64,000 nucleotides of DNA from NCBI GenBank assembly GCA_027021705.1, contig JALUTT010000092.1:1-64000 (forward strand), given 5' to 3'. This DNA is from Anaerolineae bacterium. Its GTDB lineage: Bacteria > Chloroflexota > Anaerolineae > S140-20. The first letter of the stretch is position 1, and each line of letters starts with the position of its first letter. The notes under the pieces were generated by a model. The model was not told the origin of the DNA. It made no database searches and saw nothing but the letters and a program-made list of their open reading frames with translations. Below are positions 29,672-39,682 of this stretch, one piece after another. Made by a program: the position numbers and the translations under genes.

Positions 29672-29854
29672 CAAGTTGGGAACAGGGCCCTCAATGCTTT
29701 AACCCTGGAGATTCCCGAGGTCTAGAGGGCGGTCCTGGGAGGCAACGCACTCACCCTTCCGAGAGCATCCCGAGGTGCAGATCGCCCCCCAAGGACCCCG
29801 GGAACCTGGGTCTTGCCTGAGCGTGGATAGGCCATAGGGGTAAGCGGCTCCTCC

Positions 29855-29883
29855 TTGACAAGCCCCTGGTTTCTTTGTATGAT
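29855..29883 (+). promoter_or_regulatory. Promoter of the disulfide oxidoreductase gene
   Basis: TTGACA-N17-TATGAT. Confidence 0.7.
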
Positions 29884-29995
29884 TCACCCCGAAGCTCACC
29901 GAGTTCCAGGGGACACAACGGGGATGCCCTTTGTGTCCCCCGTGCCCTTCCATTCCCTTTGAGCAACCCGATGCAAAGAAGCGAGGAGGAAAGCG

Positions 29996-30670
29996 ATGCC
30001 CCTTTTAGACCCTCAGACCGCCAGCCAGGTGCGCCAGGAACTGGCCGGCCTGACCGGGCGCGTCCGTATCCTCAACTTCACCCAGAACTTTGAGTGCCAG
30101 TACTGTCTGGAGACCCGCCAGCTCGCCGAAGAGGTCGCCGCCCTCTCGGACAAAGTCGAGGTGGAGGTCTACAATTTCGTCACCGACCAAGATCAGGTGC
30201 AGGCTTACGGCATAGACAAGATCCCCGCTCTTGTCATCCTGGGCGAGTCCGACGGCCAGTACAAGGACTACGGCGTCCGTTTCTACGGCATTCCCTCCGG
30301 CTACGAGTTTACCTCTTTCCTTGATGCCCTCAAGACCGTCTCCCGGGGCGAGGTGGACCTGATGCCACAGACCCGCCAGTTCCTCTCCCAACTGACCGTT
30401 CCCCTCCACATCCAGGTCTTCGTCACCCCCACCTGTCCCTACTGTCCTCGAGCCGTGATGCTGGCCCATCACCTGGCCGTCGCCAGCGACCTGGTGCGGG
30501 GCGATATGGTCGAGGTGATCGAGTTCCCCCACCTGGCCCAGAAATATCAGGTGATGGGGGTACCTCGCATCGTCATCAATGAGACGGTGCACCAGGAAGG
30601 GGCTGTACCCGAGCCTTACCTGCTGGCCCGCCTCCAAGAGGCTGTCCTGCGTGCCGAAGGCAAGATGTGA
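29996..30670 (+). CDS. Protein disulfide oxidoreductase (two thioredoxin folds)
   Basis: CQYC and CPYC sites, G.P.GYEF, MGVP. Confidence 0.9.
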   Translation: MPLLDPQTASQVRQELAGLTGRVRILNFTQNFECQYCLETRQLAEEVAALSDKVEVEVYNFVTDQDQVQAYGIDKIPALVILGESDGQYKDYGVRFYGIPSGYEFTSFLDALKTVSRGEVDLMPQTRQFLSQLTVPLHIQVFVTPTCPYCPRAVMLAHHLAVASDLVRGDMVEVIEFPHLAQKYQVMGVPRIVINETVHQEGAVPEPYLLARLQEAVLRAEGKM

Positions 30671-30683
30671 AGTCCCTCTTTCT

Positions 30684-30716
30684 CCCGGAGGTCCCCAGGA
30701 ACTCCGGGCCTTTTTT
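30684..30716 (+). terminator. Probable terminator
   Basis: cccggag...ctccggg stem followed by tttttt. Confidence 0.6.
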
Positions 30717-30835
30717 CGGAGAGGCGGGGTAACCATCCTGTCTGCTGGCATCCTTTCTTCAGACCTCCGAGGTCCTCGGTACAAAGCAGAGATGGCACAA
30801 CAGACCACGTCAAGCTTCCCAGTTGAGGTGACCCG

Positions 30836-33082
30836 ATGACCATTGCCAAGGAAGAGGCCCTGGCCTACCACGCCGAAGGCAGGCCGGGCAAGATCGAAGT
30901 CGTTCCCACCAAACCGATGTTGACCCAGCGAGACCTCTCGCTGGCCTACACCCCCGGTGTCGCCATCCCCGTCCTGGAGATCGCGCGGGATCCTTCCCTG
31001 GCCTATACCTACACGGCCAAGGGGAACCTGGTCGCCGTCGTCTCCAACGGCACAGCCATCCTGGGCCTGGGAGATCGGGGAGCTCTGGCCGCCAAACCCG
31101 TGATGGAGGGCAAGGGGGTCCTCTTCAAGCGGTTCGCCGACGTAGATGTCTTCGACATCGAGGTGGACACCCACGACCCCGACGAGGTGATTCGGGTCTG
31201 TGAGCTGCTCGCCCCTACCTTCGGAGGCATCAACCTGGAGGACATCAAGGCTCCCGAATGCTTCTACATCGAGGAGACGTTGCGGGAGCGGCTCGACATC
31301 CCCGTCTTTCACGATGACCAGCATGGCACCGCCATCATCTCCGGCGCGGGCCTGCTGAACGCCTTGGAACTGGTGGGGAAGCGCATTGATGAAGTGCGCA
31401 TCGTCATCAACGGGGCCGGGGCTGCCGGCATCGCCTGCGGTGAGTTCTACCTGCTTCTGGGCGCCCGCCGCGAGAACATCCTGATGCTGGACAGCCGGGG
31501 GGTGATCTACAAGGGCCGGGAGGCGGGGATGAACCCCTACAAGGCCCGCTTCGCCCAGGACACGGAACTGCGCACCCTGGAAGAGGCGGTTCGAGGAGCC
31601 GACGTCTTCGTCGGCCTCTCCGTCGCCGACGTGCTCACGCCGGCGATGGTCAAGACGATGGCCGAGCGCCCCATCATCTTCGCCCTGGCCAACCCCGACC
31701 CTGAGATCCGTTACGAGATCGCCAAGGAGGTCCGACCCGACGCTATCGTCGCCACCGGCCGCTCCGACTATCCCAACCAGGTGAACAACGTCCTGGGATT
31801 CCCCTTCATCTTCCGGGGGGCGCTGGACGTCCACGCCCGGGCCATCAACGAGGAGATGAAGGTGGCGGCGGCCAAGGCGCTGGCCGCCCTGACCCGTGAG
31901 GACGTGCCCGACTCGGTGCTCCAAGCCTACGGCCTGGAACGGCTCAAATTCGGCCCCGACTACATCATCCCCAAGCCCGTGGATCCCCGCGTTCTCCTCT
32001 GGGTGGCCCCGGCGGTGGCCGAGGCGGCGATGGCCTCCGGCGTCGCCCGGCGCCCCATTGACCTGGACGTCTACCGGCGGGAGTTGGAGGCCCGCCTAGG
32101 GCCGGGCCGGGTGCTGATGCGCACCTTGCTCGACCGGGCCCGGACTTCGCCGAAGCGAATCGCCTTCGGCGAGGGGGAGGAGCCCAAGATCATCCGAGCC
32201 GCCGCCCGCATCCTGCAGGAAGGGATCGGCCATCCCATCCTCCTGGGCCGCCCCGAGGTGATCGCCCGCCAGATCGAGGAGCTGGGGCTGGAGTTCGAGC
32301 CGGAGGTGGTGGACCCGGCCCGGTCGTCCCGACGGGAAGCCTACGCCGAAGCCCTCTATCGGCAGCGACAGCGCAAGGGTGTGACCCGGCAACGGGCCCA
32401 GGAGCTCATCACCCAGCCCAACTACTTCGGCGCGATGATGGTTCAGCAGGGGGACGCCGATGCCTTCATCTCCGGTCTCACCTCCAACTACCCGGAGGTG
32501 CTGCGCCCTGCCCTCCAGGTGGTGGGAACGCGCGAGGGGGTGAGACGGGTAGCCGGGATGTACATTATGCTGGTCAACGACCAGGTCTACTTCTTCACCG
32601 ACGCCACCGTCAACATCGAGCCCAGCGCTGAGGACCTGGCCGAGATCGCCATCCTGGCTGCCGACGCTGCTCGGGTCTTCAACGTGGAACCCCGGGTGGC
32701 GATGCTTTCCTTCTCCAACTTCGGGAGCACCCGCCATCCGCTGTCGGAGAAGGTGCGCCGGGCGGTGGAGATCGTGCGGGAGCGCCGGCCCGACATCGCC
32801 GTGGATGGCGAGATGCAGGCCGATACCGCCGTCGTCCCGGAGATCGTCGAAGAGCGCTATCCCTTCAGCCGGGTGAAGGATGCCAACATCCTCGTCTTCC
32901 CCAACTTGGAAGCCGCCAACGTGGCCTACAAGCTCCTGAACCGGCTGGGCGGAGCCGAAACCATCGGCCCGGTGCTGATGGGGATGGGCAAGCCCATCCA
33001 CGTCCTGCAGGCTGGCGACGCCGTCGAGGAGATCGTCCGCATCGCCGCTGTCGCCGTCCTGGATGCCCAACTGCGGGAGTGA
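30836..33082 (+). CDS. maeB: NADP-dependent malic enzyme fused to a phosphotransacetylase-like domain
   Basis: [38 protein letters not shown]-terminal DGEMQAD and LVFPNL.AAN. Confidence 0.96.
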   Translation: MTIAKEEALAYHAEGRPGKIEVVPTKPMLTQRDLSLAYTPGVAIPVLEIARDPSLAYTYTAKGNLVAVVSNGTAILGLGDRGALAAKPVMEGKGVLFKRFADVDVFDIEVDTHDPDEVIRVCELLAPTFGGINLEDIKAPECFYIEETLRERLDIPVFHDDQHGTAIISGAGLLNALELVGKRIDEVRIVINGAGAAGIACGEFYLLLGARRENILMLDSRGVIYKGREAGMNPYKARFAQDTELRTLEEAVRGADVFVGLSVADVLTPAMVKTMAERPIIFALANPDPEIRYEIAKEVRPDAIVATGRSDYPNQVNNVLGFPFIFRGALDVHARAINEEMKVAAAKALAALTREDVPDSVLQAYGLERLKFGPDYIIPKPVDPRVLLWVAPAVAEAAMASGVARRPIDLDVYRRELEARLGPGRVLMRTLLDRARTSPKRIAFGEGEEPKIIRAAARILQEGIGHPILLGRPEVIARQIEELGLEFEPEVVDPARSSRREAYAEALYRQRQRKGVTRQRAQELITQPNYFGAMMVQQGDADAFISGLTSNYPEVLRPALQVVGTREGVRRVAGMYIMLVNDQVYFFTDATVNIEPSAEDLAEIAILAADAARVFNVEPRVAMLSFSNFGSTRHPLSEKVRRAVEIVRERRPDIAVDGEMQADTAVVPEIVEERYPFSRVKDANILVFPNLEAANVAYKLLNRLGGAETIGPVLMGMGKPIHVLQAGDAVEEIVRIAAVAVLDAQLRE

Positions 33083-33182
33083 TCCCAAGGGCGTCTGCGC
33101 GGAGGCCAGCTGCGCTGGTCGGATCAGGGTGCCGGCGGAGGCGGGCAGAGCGCGGACCCGTGTCAAAGTCTGAGGGCGAACG

Positions 33183-33416
33183 ATGTACCCCCTCTCTGCC
33201 CGGACCGATGTGCCTAGGATAGACGACGACCGATGCCGGTGTTGCCGGCGCTGTCTGGCCGCCCAGACCTGTCGCTATCACGCCTTCGTCCGCTTCGACC
33301 GGGAGGAACCGCCAGTGATTGACGCAGCCCGCTGCGGTGGCTGCCGCATTTGCATCCCGGCCTGCCCCTTCGATGCGGTGCTGCCGCCCAATGGTCGGGA
33401 CCTTCCGCCCTGGTGA
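33183..33416 (+). CDS. Small 4Fe-4S dicluster protein
   Basis: CRCCRRC-x5-C and CGGCRICIPACP. Confidence 0.8.
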   Translation: MYPLSARTDVPRIDDDRCRCCRRCLAAQTCRYHAFVRFDREEPPVIDAARCGGCRICIPACPFDAVLPPNGRDLPPW

Positions 33417-33437
33417 TGGGACAGACTACCGACCGCG

Positions 33438-34847
33438 ATGTTGCAGACCTTCTTCGAGGCCAACCAACAGATCCTCTACTTCATCTACGGCCAGGTCTAC
33501 TTCGTGATGGCCATCGCCATCGCCCTGCGTCCTGGGACAAGGAGCCGCCTGGAACTGGCTCGCACGCTGCCGCTGCTGGCCCTCTTTGGTCTGACCCAGG
33601 CGTTGGTGGAGTGGGGGCGGGTCTTCATCCCCATCCAGGCCACCTACACGCCCCTGGCCCTCGTTCAGTTGCTCCGCGTGGCCCAGCTCCTCATTCTGGC
33701 CCTCTCCTACGCTTTCCTGATGGCCTTCGGGCTTCAGGTCCTCTCTCCTCGTCGGCTTCCGCCTCCGGTAACCCGCTGGTTCCCCTGGGTCCTCTACCTG
33801 GTCTGGGGGGGGCTCCTCTTGTTGATCTGGGTTCTCCTCCCAGACCGCCTCGACCGGCTCCTGACCATCGGAGACGTGAGCTGCCGCTACCTGCTGGCCC
33901 TGCCCGGCGGCGTGCTGAGCGCCTGGGGGCTGCGCCGCCAATCGGAGCGGGTCATCCGCCCTCTGAAAGAGCCCCGCATCTACGACTTCCTGCGGTTGGG
34001 GGGGATCGCCATCGCCGGCTACACCATCCTGGCTGGCCTCATCGTCCCCCCGGCTCCCTTCTTCCCTGCCTCTTGGCTGAACGAGGCCCGCGTAGCAGCC
34101 CTGCTGGGAGGCATCCCCATCGCCGCCCTCCGCGCCTGTTTTGGCTCGATCTTGGCTTACGCCATCCTCCGTGCCCTGGACGTCTTCCACCTGGAGACGG
34201 AGCGCTGGATCGAAGAGATGGAGCGGGCCCAGGCCCTGGCCGAGGACCGGGAGCGGATCAGCCGGGAGCTTCACGACGGCACCATCCAGTCCATCTACGC
34301 CGCCGGCTTGATGTTGGAGGACGTCCGTCAGTCTCTGAACGAAGACGTGGAGCGGGCCCGGGTCCAGTTGGACCGGGTGATGCACAGCCTGAACCAGACC
34401 ATCCGGGACATCCGCAACTACATCTTCGACCTGCGGCAGGACGAGATGGTGACGGACCTGGAGGAGGGCGTCCGCCAACTCCTAAAGGACTTCCGGGTCA
34501 ATACCCTCGTCGAGGTGAACTACCACGTGGAAGGGAAGGGGCCGCCACCGCTAAGGCCGGAGCAGACCCGGCACATCATCCAGATCGTGCGCGAGGCGCT
34601 GAGCAACGTCGCCCGACACGCCCGTGCCCGCCGGGTGGACGTCCGACTGCGCTACGGTGAGAACCAGCTCACCTTGCGCATCGCCGATGACGGTGTGGGC
34701 TTCCCGGTGACCGGCGTGGGGGAGGGAGGGCGCGGGCTGCGCAACATGCGAGAACGGGCCCAGCTCCTGTACGGGGCCCTCGTTGTCGAGGGCGAACCGG
34801 GCCGGGGCGTCACCGTGGCGCTGACCGTCCCCTACGAGAAGCCATGA
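33438..34847 (+). CDS. Membrane sensor histidine kinase, HisKA_3 (NarX/UhpB) class
   Basis: About 6 transmembrane helices, RERISRELHD...Q, REALSNV.RHA, DDGVGF, G.GL.NMRERA. Confidence 0.92.
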   Translation: MLQTFFEANQQILYFIYGQVYFVMAIAIALRPGTRSRLELARTLPLLALFGLTQALVEWGRVFIPIQATYTPLALVQLLRVAQLLILALSYAFLMAFGLQVLSPRRLPPPVTRWFPWVLYLVWGGLLLLIWVLLPDRLDRLLTIGDVSCRYLLALPGGVLSAWGLRRQSERVIRPLKEPRIYDFLRLGGIAIAGYTILAGLIVPPAPFFPASWLNEARVAALLGGIPIAALRACFGSILAYAILRALDVFHLETERWIEEMERAQALAEDRERISRELHDGTIQSIYAAGLMLEDVRQSLNEDVERARVQLDRVMHSLNQTIRDIRNYIFDLRQDEMVTDLEEGVRQLLKDFRVNTLVEVNYHVEGKGPPPLRPEQTRHIIQIVREALSNVARHARARRVDVRLRYGENQLTLRIADDGVGFPVTGVGEGGRGLRNMRERAQLLYGALVVEGEPGRGVTVALTVPYEKP

Positions 34848-34932
34848 GGGGCAAGGGAGCAACGGGCCAATGAGGCACCCGGAAAGAAGCGATGAGGTTT
34901 AAGGAGGCTATAGGTTCAGGGGGAGGAGAGCG

Positions 34933-35589
34933 ATGGGAAGGCATCTGCGCATCCTGATTGTGGACGACCACGAAGTGGTGCGGCTGGGGCTGCGCACCTT
35001 GTTGGACCGCCACCCGCAGTTCACCGTTGTGGACGAGGCCGGCACAGCCCGGGAGGCGGTGCAAAAGGCCCTCCAGCACCAGCCCGACGTCGTGGTGATG
35101 GACATCCGGCTGCCCGGGGGGAGCGGCATCGAAGCCTGCCGCAAGATCACGGAGCAGATCCCGGAGGCCAAGGTGATCATGCTCACCTCCTACGCTGAGG
35201 ATGAGATGCTTTTCGACGCCATCACAGCGGGTGCGGCCGGCTACGTGCTCAAGCAGATCGGCTCCGACGACCTGGTGCGGGCCATCGAGACGGTGGGCCG
35301 GGGCGACGCCCTGCTGGACCCGGCGCTGGTGCAGAAGGTCTTCGACCGGGTGCGGGAGGCCGCCCGCAAGGAGGAAGCCGCCGCCTTCGCCGACCTGACG
35401 GAGCAGGAGCTGCGCGTCCTGGCCCAGGTGGCCAAGGGGAAGACGAACCGGGAGATCGCCCAGGCCCTCTACCTGGGGGAAGGGACGGTGCGCAACTACG
35501 TCAGCAGCATCCTCAGCAAGCTGGGGCTCTCCAACCGAGCAGAGGCGGCCGCCTACGCCGTGGAGCACAACATCGAGGACTACTTGTAG
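34933..35589 (+). CDS. NarL/LuxR family response regulator
   Basis: VDDH.VVR.GL, MDIRLP, GYVLK, LT.QE..VL...GKTN.EIA..L.L...TV. Confidence 0.96.
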   Translation: MGRHLRILIVDDHEVVRLGLRTLLDRHPQFTVVDEAGTAREAVQKALQHQPDVVVMDIRLPGGSGIEACRKITEQIPEAKVIMLTSYAEDEMLFDAITAGAAGYVLKQIGSDDLVRAIETVGRGDALLDPALVQKVFDRVREAARKEEAAAFADLTEQELRVLAQVAKGKTNREIAQALYLGEGTVRNYVSSILSKLGLSNRAEAAAYAVEHNIEDYL

Positions 35590-35595
35590 GGGGTA

Positions 35596-35679
35596 CAGTC
35601 CGCAGTCCGCAGTCCGCAGTCCGCAGTCCTCAGTCCTCGGCCCTCGGTCCTCAGCCCTCCGTCGGCGGTCGGCGATCGG
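35596..35679. repeat. Heptanucleotide tandem repeats (CAGTCCG/CAGTCCT, then CGGCGGT-type)
   Basis: (cagtccg)x4, cagtcct x2, variants, then gtcggcggtcggcgatcgg. Confidence 0.88.
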
Positions 35680-35690
35680 ATAATCACCAT

Positions 35691-36767
35691 ATGGATGCCG
35701 AAGGTTTGTTGGAGCAACTGGTCCGCATTGAGAGCGTGAGCGGACAAGAGGAAGCCGCTGTCGCCTTCCTGGTCGAGGCGATGAGCCGGCTGGGCTTTCA
35801 CGCCTACACCGACGAGGCCGGCAACGCCGTGGGCGAACTGGGAGACGGCCCCGACACGGTGGTCCTGTTGGGCCACATAGACACCGTGCCCGGTCGGGTC
35901 CCCGTGCGCCGGGAGGGACCGTGGCTCTATGGGCGCGGGACGGTGGACGCCAAGGGACCGCTGGCCGCCTTCGTCGCCGCCGCTGCCCAGGTCGGTCCCC
36001 AACCAGGCCGGCGCCTCGTCGTCGTCGGGGCCGTCGAGGAGGAGGCAGCCACCTCCAAAGGGGCACGCCGGGTCCGGGACCGTTTCGCCGATGCCCCTCC
36101 CAGCGCCTGCATCGTGGGGGAGCCCAGCGGCTGGGACCGGGTGACGCTGGGGTACAAGGGCCGGCTGCTGGTGGAGGTGACGCTTCAACAGCCGGCTGGC
36201 CACACAGCCGGTCCCCACGGGGGCGTTGCCGAAGCGGGCGTCCTCCTCTGGCAGGCCCTGCAGGCGCACGCGGAAGCCTTCAACGCCGGCCGGGAGCGGG
36301 CCTTCGACCGGCTCCTCCCCTCCCTGCGCCGTTTCCAGACCGGGAGCGACGGCCTGACCGACCAGGCCCATCTGACCATCGGGCTGCGGCTCCCGCCCGG
36401 CTTAGAGCGGGCGGCGCTGGAGGCGGCGCTGGAGGCAGCGGCCCGCCGGGTCGAGGCGGCCACCCCGGCCCGGGTCCACCTCACCACCCACGGCTACGAG
36501 CCCGCCTTCCAGGCCCCCCGGAGGAACAGCCTGGTACGGGCCTTCCTGGCCGCCATCCGGGCGGAGGGGGGGCGGCCTCGCTTCGTCCTCAAGACCGGCA
36601 CATCCGACATGAACGTCGTGGGGCCGGTGTGGGGCTGTCCCATCGTCGCCTACGGGGCCGGCGACGCCGCCCTGGACCACACCCCGGAGGAACGGATCCA
36701 CCTGGGCGAGTTCCGGCGCAGCATCGCCGTGCTCAGCCGTGTCCTCCAGCACCCCCCCGCAGGCTGA
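35691..36767 (+). CDS. lysK: [LysW]-lysine/ornithine hydrolase, M20 family
   Basis: [42 protein letters not shown]. Confidence 0.82.
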   Translation: MDAEGLLEQLVRIESVSGQEEAAVAFLVEAMSRLGFHAYTDEAGNAVGELGDGPDTVVLLGHIDTVPGRVPVRREGPWLYGRGTVDAKGPLAAFVAAAAQVGPQPGRRLVVVGAVEEEAATSKGARRVRDRFADAPPSACIVGEPSGWDRVTLGYKGRLLVEVTLQQPAGHTAGPHGGVAEAGVLLWQALQAHAEAFNAGRERAFDRLLPSLRRFQTGSDGLTDQAHLTIGLRLPPGLERAALEAALEAAARRVEAATPARVHLTTHGYEPAFQAPRRNSLVRAFLAAIRAEGGRPRFVLKTGTSDMNVVGPVWGCPIVAYGAGDAALDHTPEERIHLGEFRRSIAVLSRVLQHPPAG

Positions 36768-36771
36768 AGAG

Positions 36772-36873
36772 ACTGTTCACCCTCCCGCAGGTTAGGCGCG
36801 TTTCCGACGCGAAACCGTGCTTCAAATAGCCTATCGGGGCTGAAAGCGCCCTCGACCGGTGACCTACGGGAGG
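36772..36873. repeat. Inverted-repeat element family B, copy 2
   Basis: Nearly identical to 19420-19522, same orientation. Confidence 0.85.
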
Positions 36874-36894
36874 AATCAGACAAGGAGGCATCCG

Positions 36895-37374
36895 ATGACT
36901 TCCCCAGCCGAGAAGATCCTGCCCAAGATGCAGGCCACCCATCAGGAGTTGGTGACCCTGATCAAGGGTCTGGACCAAGAGACCCTGAACCGGCGGCCAC
37001 CGGAAGGGGGCTGGAGCATCCGGGAGAACCTGGCCCACCTGGTGGACGCGGAGCGGGCTCACCGGCGGTTCGTCGAGGCCGTGTTGGAGGGACGTCCCAT
37101 CCGCCGTCTGGAGGGTTTCGACCTGGACCGATGGAACGAGGAGCGCGTCGCCCGTCGGGCCAATCAGTCCGCCGACGAACTCCTGGAGGCGCTGGAGGCT
37201 GAGCGCCGGGAGACCCTGGCCCTCATCACCGCGCTTCCCGACGATGCCTGGGAGAAAGAAGGGGATCACCCGGTCCTGGGCCGGGTCAGCGTGCAGCACG
37301 TGCTCAAGATCATCGGCATCCACGAGCGGATGCACCTGAAAGAGATGCGGCAGTTGGCTTCGATACAGGCGTAG
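36895..37374 (+). CDS. DinB/YfiT family protein
   Basis: WSIRE.LAHL and HE..HL metal-binding pattern. Confidence 0.85.
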   Translation: MTSPAEKILPKMQATHQELVTLIKGLDQETLNRRPPEGGWSIRENLAHLVDAERAHRRFVEAVLEGRPIRRLEGFDLDRWNEERVARRANQSADELLEALEAERRETLALITALPDDAWEKEGDHPVLGRVSVQHVLKIIGIHERMHLKEMRQLASIQA

Positions 37375-37401
37375 GCTAACAGGCGTGGGCTAATGGAACC
37401 G

Positions 37402-38301
37402 TCAAACGGCGCGGGTGACAATGCCGACGGCGGCAACCCAGACCAGCACCTGGACGATCAGGCTCCCTGCCCAGAGCAGGTAGGCCGCCACCCGCTCCCG
37501 CCGGTAGAGGAGAAACCCGAGGGTGGTGTTGGCCAGCAGCGTCAGCAGCCCGATGAGAGGAAGGTAGAAGACCCGGATGCGCCGGACCCATCCCCCCGCC
37601 TCGCCCGCCGCATTGACCCGCAGGGGCACCTGGTCCGGCAGGCTCGGATAGCGCCAGCAGAGGAAGCCAACGAGGAGGAGCAGCAGCAGCCCCCCTGACA
37701 TCAGCAGCCCGACCCCCAACCGGTCGGACCAGAAGGCCCAGGAGAAGATGGCCGGCTGCTCCGAAACCTGATCCACCATCTGGGTTGGTCCCATCTCCAG
37801 CCGCACCCGCAGAGCTTCGCTGAAGCCCTCCAGGTCGGCTGGCGAGATGGCGTAGGTCAGGGCCGGCGTGCTGATCCAGACCTGGCGCTCCAACGGGGCG
37901 GTGGCGTAGAAAAGCACTGGTCCCAGCGTCTCCGCCTCTCCGTACCCCATCTGGTATCCCGGCCAGCGAACGCCCCGGAAGCGCACCCGCTCCCGGACCT
38001 GCGATCCCGGGATCACCCGCACCACGTTGGCCATCGGGATCACCTGGCGGGTCGCTCCCCAACGGATCACCAGCCGGTTGCGGTCGAGGTTGTAACCCGC
38101 TCGGAGAAGCCCATCGAGCCAATAGAGCAGCAGCCCCAGCAGCAAGAGGCTGCCCACCAGCAGCAGGGCGAGCAGAAAGGTTCCCAGGTCGAGAGGCCGC
38201 TGGCGGACCACCCGCACGATCCAGCCGTCCGCGGCCACCAGAAGCAGCAGGAGCCCCACCCCAATGGCCAGTCCCAGGCGACGATCCACAGGGAAATCCA
38301 T
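37402..38301 (-). CDS. Membrane protein with bacterial PH-like domain
   Basis: Two N-terminal TM helices, Y.LD...L.IRWG.....IP, Y.ISP; C-terminal TM bundle with LP.QVP. Confidence 0.6.
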   Translation of the reverse strand: MDFPVDRRLGLAIGVGLLLLLVAADGWIVRVVRQRPLDLGTFLLALLLVGSLLLLGLLLYWLDGLLRAGYNLDRNRLVIRWGATRQVIPMANVVRVIPGSQVRERVRFRGVRWPGYQMGYGEAETLGPVLFYATAPLERQVWISTPALTYAISPADLEGFSEALRVRLEMGPTQMVDQVSEQPAIFSWAFWSDRLGVGLLMSGGLLLLLLVGFLCWRYPSLPDQVPLRVNAAGEAGGWVRRIRVFYLPLIGLLTLLANTTLGFLLYRRERVAAYLLWAGSLIVQVLVWVAAVGIVTRAV

Positions 38302-38348
38302 ACCTTTGCCCCTTTTCGGTAGCTTCAGAGGTTGCGGGGACTACGAGG

Positions 38349-38445
38349 ACCCTCCCGCAGGTTCTCTCCACGCCCTGAAGCGCGTCGCAGGCAGCCTCCG
38401 ATAAGCCGTTGCGGTCGCCGGGCACCATGTGACCTGCGGGAGGGT
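38349..38445. repeat. Inverted-repeat element family B, copy 3 with a different interior
   Basis: Same 14-bp ends ACCCTCCCGCAGGT/ACCTGCGGGAGGGT, 97 bp, unrelated middle. Confidence 0.75.
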
Positions 38446-38456
38446 GACAAGGGGGG

Positions 38457-38485
38457 ATTATACAGACCCCGGCCCCATCCGTCAA
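38457..38485 (-). promoter_or_regulatory. Promoter of the PH-domain gene
   Basis: Minus strand TTGACG-N17-TATAAT. Confidence 0.7.
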
Positions 38486-38553
38486 CCGTGGAGGCAATTT
38501 GACCAATTGCCCCACCCCCCGCTCCCGAGATGCGAGCAATCACCAAGGGGGCT

Positions 38554-38582
38554 TTGCGTTTTCTGCAACCCTGAAGTACAAT
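38554..38582 (+). promoter_or_regulatory. Promoter of the signalling operon
   Basis: TTGCGT-N17-TACAAT. Confidence 0.55.
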
Positions 38583-38618
38583 TCTTAGCAGAGGTCCTTC
38601 CCCACCCCAAATCCGGCT

Positions 38619-39668
38619 ATGGAAGCGATCGCCTTACGCAAGCTGCTCCGTCGAGACCTGATAACCGCTGTGCTGGCCGACTTCGCCCGGCTCCTGCCCT
38701 CGTCCGGCTCTCTTTGCCTCTACGACCGGGATGGTCGGGTCCTGGCTGCCTATCCGGCCCCACCATCTCCCGAGCCTGTCGAGGCCATCCGGGCCGTCCT
38801 GGATGGCAGCGGCGCTGTCCCCTTTCCCGGCGGCGTGGCCGAGCCCCTCCTCGTTCAGGGCCGGCCGATAGGGGTCTTGGTGGGAACGGTTGTGGACGTC
38901 CCTCCCTTGCCTGCCCGAAAGGCAGCGGATCCGCCGGCCCTCCACCCCCTGCTCCGGGCGCTGGCGGGGGCGCTGGGCCAGATGGCAACCCTGGCCCTGG
39001 AGAACCGGGCGCTGGCTCTAGAGGCTCTGGACCGCTACCGAGAGTTGAACCTGATCTACCGGATGCAGACGGAACTGGGTGCCGAGCTGGACCCGGACCA
39101 GATCGCCACCCGGGTTCTGGCCGAGAGCATGCGGGTGATCAAGGCGACCCGTGGGGCGATCCTGCTCCTCAGCCAGGACGGACAGAGTCTTGTGGTTCAG
39201 ACTTGCGAGGGGCTGTCCCTGGAGCGCGATCGCTATCCGGCGACGGAAGGGCTCGCTGGTCAGGCTCTCTCCCAACGCCGTTCTTTTCTCATCAACGATC
39301 TAAAGCGGGACCGGCAGCAGGGAACGCTGGAAGCCCATGCCCGTTCCCTCCTCTTCGTCCCCCTGTTGGTGGGGGAGAGGGCACTGGGGGTGATCTGCCT
39401 CTTCGACAAGAAGGGGGGCAAGATCTTCACGGCCGGCGACGAGAAGCTGCTCAACGCCTTGGCCTCTCAGGCCGCTGTTGCCTTCCAGACCGCCCGCCAG
39501 GTCGAGGAGCGAGAGCGCCTCCTGCGCCAGCAGATTCAGGCCCTCCGGGTGGAGATTGACGAGATCAAGAAGCAGCGCCAGGTGGCCGCGATCACCAGCA
39601 CGGACTACTTCGCCCATCTGCAGGCGACCGCCCAGCGGATGCGACAGGAGTTCGAGGAAGAGACCTGA
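38619..39668 (+). CDS. GAF-domain protein with C-terminal coiled-coil tail and no catalytic output
   Basis: GAF (SLLFVPL, LGVI.L.DK, FTAGDEKLL..LA.QAA) then LRVEIDE.KK..QV..IT.TDYF..LQ. Confidence 0.8.
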   Translation: MEAIALRKLLRRDLITAVLADFARLLPSSGSLCLYDRDGRVLAAYPAPPSPEPVEAIRAVLDGSGAVPFPGGVAEPLLVQGRPIGVLVGTVVDVPPLPARKAADPPALHPLLRALAGALGQMATLALENRALALEALDRYRELNLIYRMQTELGAELDPDQIATRVLAESMRVIKATRGAILLLSQDGQSLVVQTCEGLSLERDRYPATEGLAGQALSQRRSFLINDLKRDRQQGTLEAHARSLLFVPLLVGERALGVICLFDKKGGKIFTAGDEKLLNALASQAAVAFQTARQVEERERLLRQQIQALRVEIDEIKKQRQVAAITSTDYFAHLQATAQRMRQEFEEET

Positions 39669-39682
39669 CCGAGACAAGGAGC

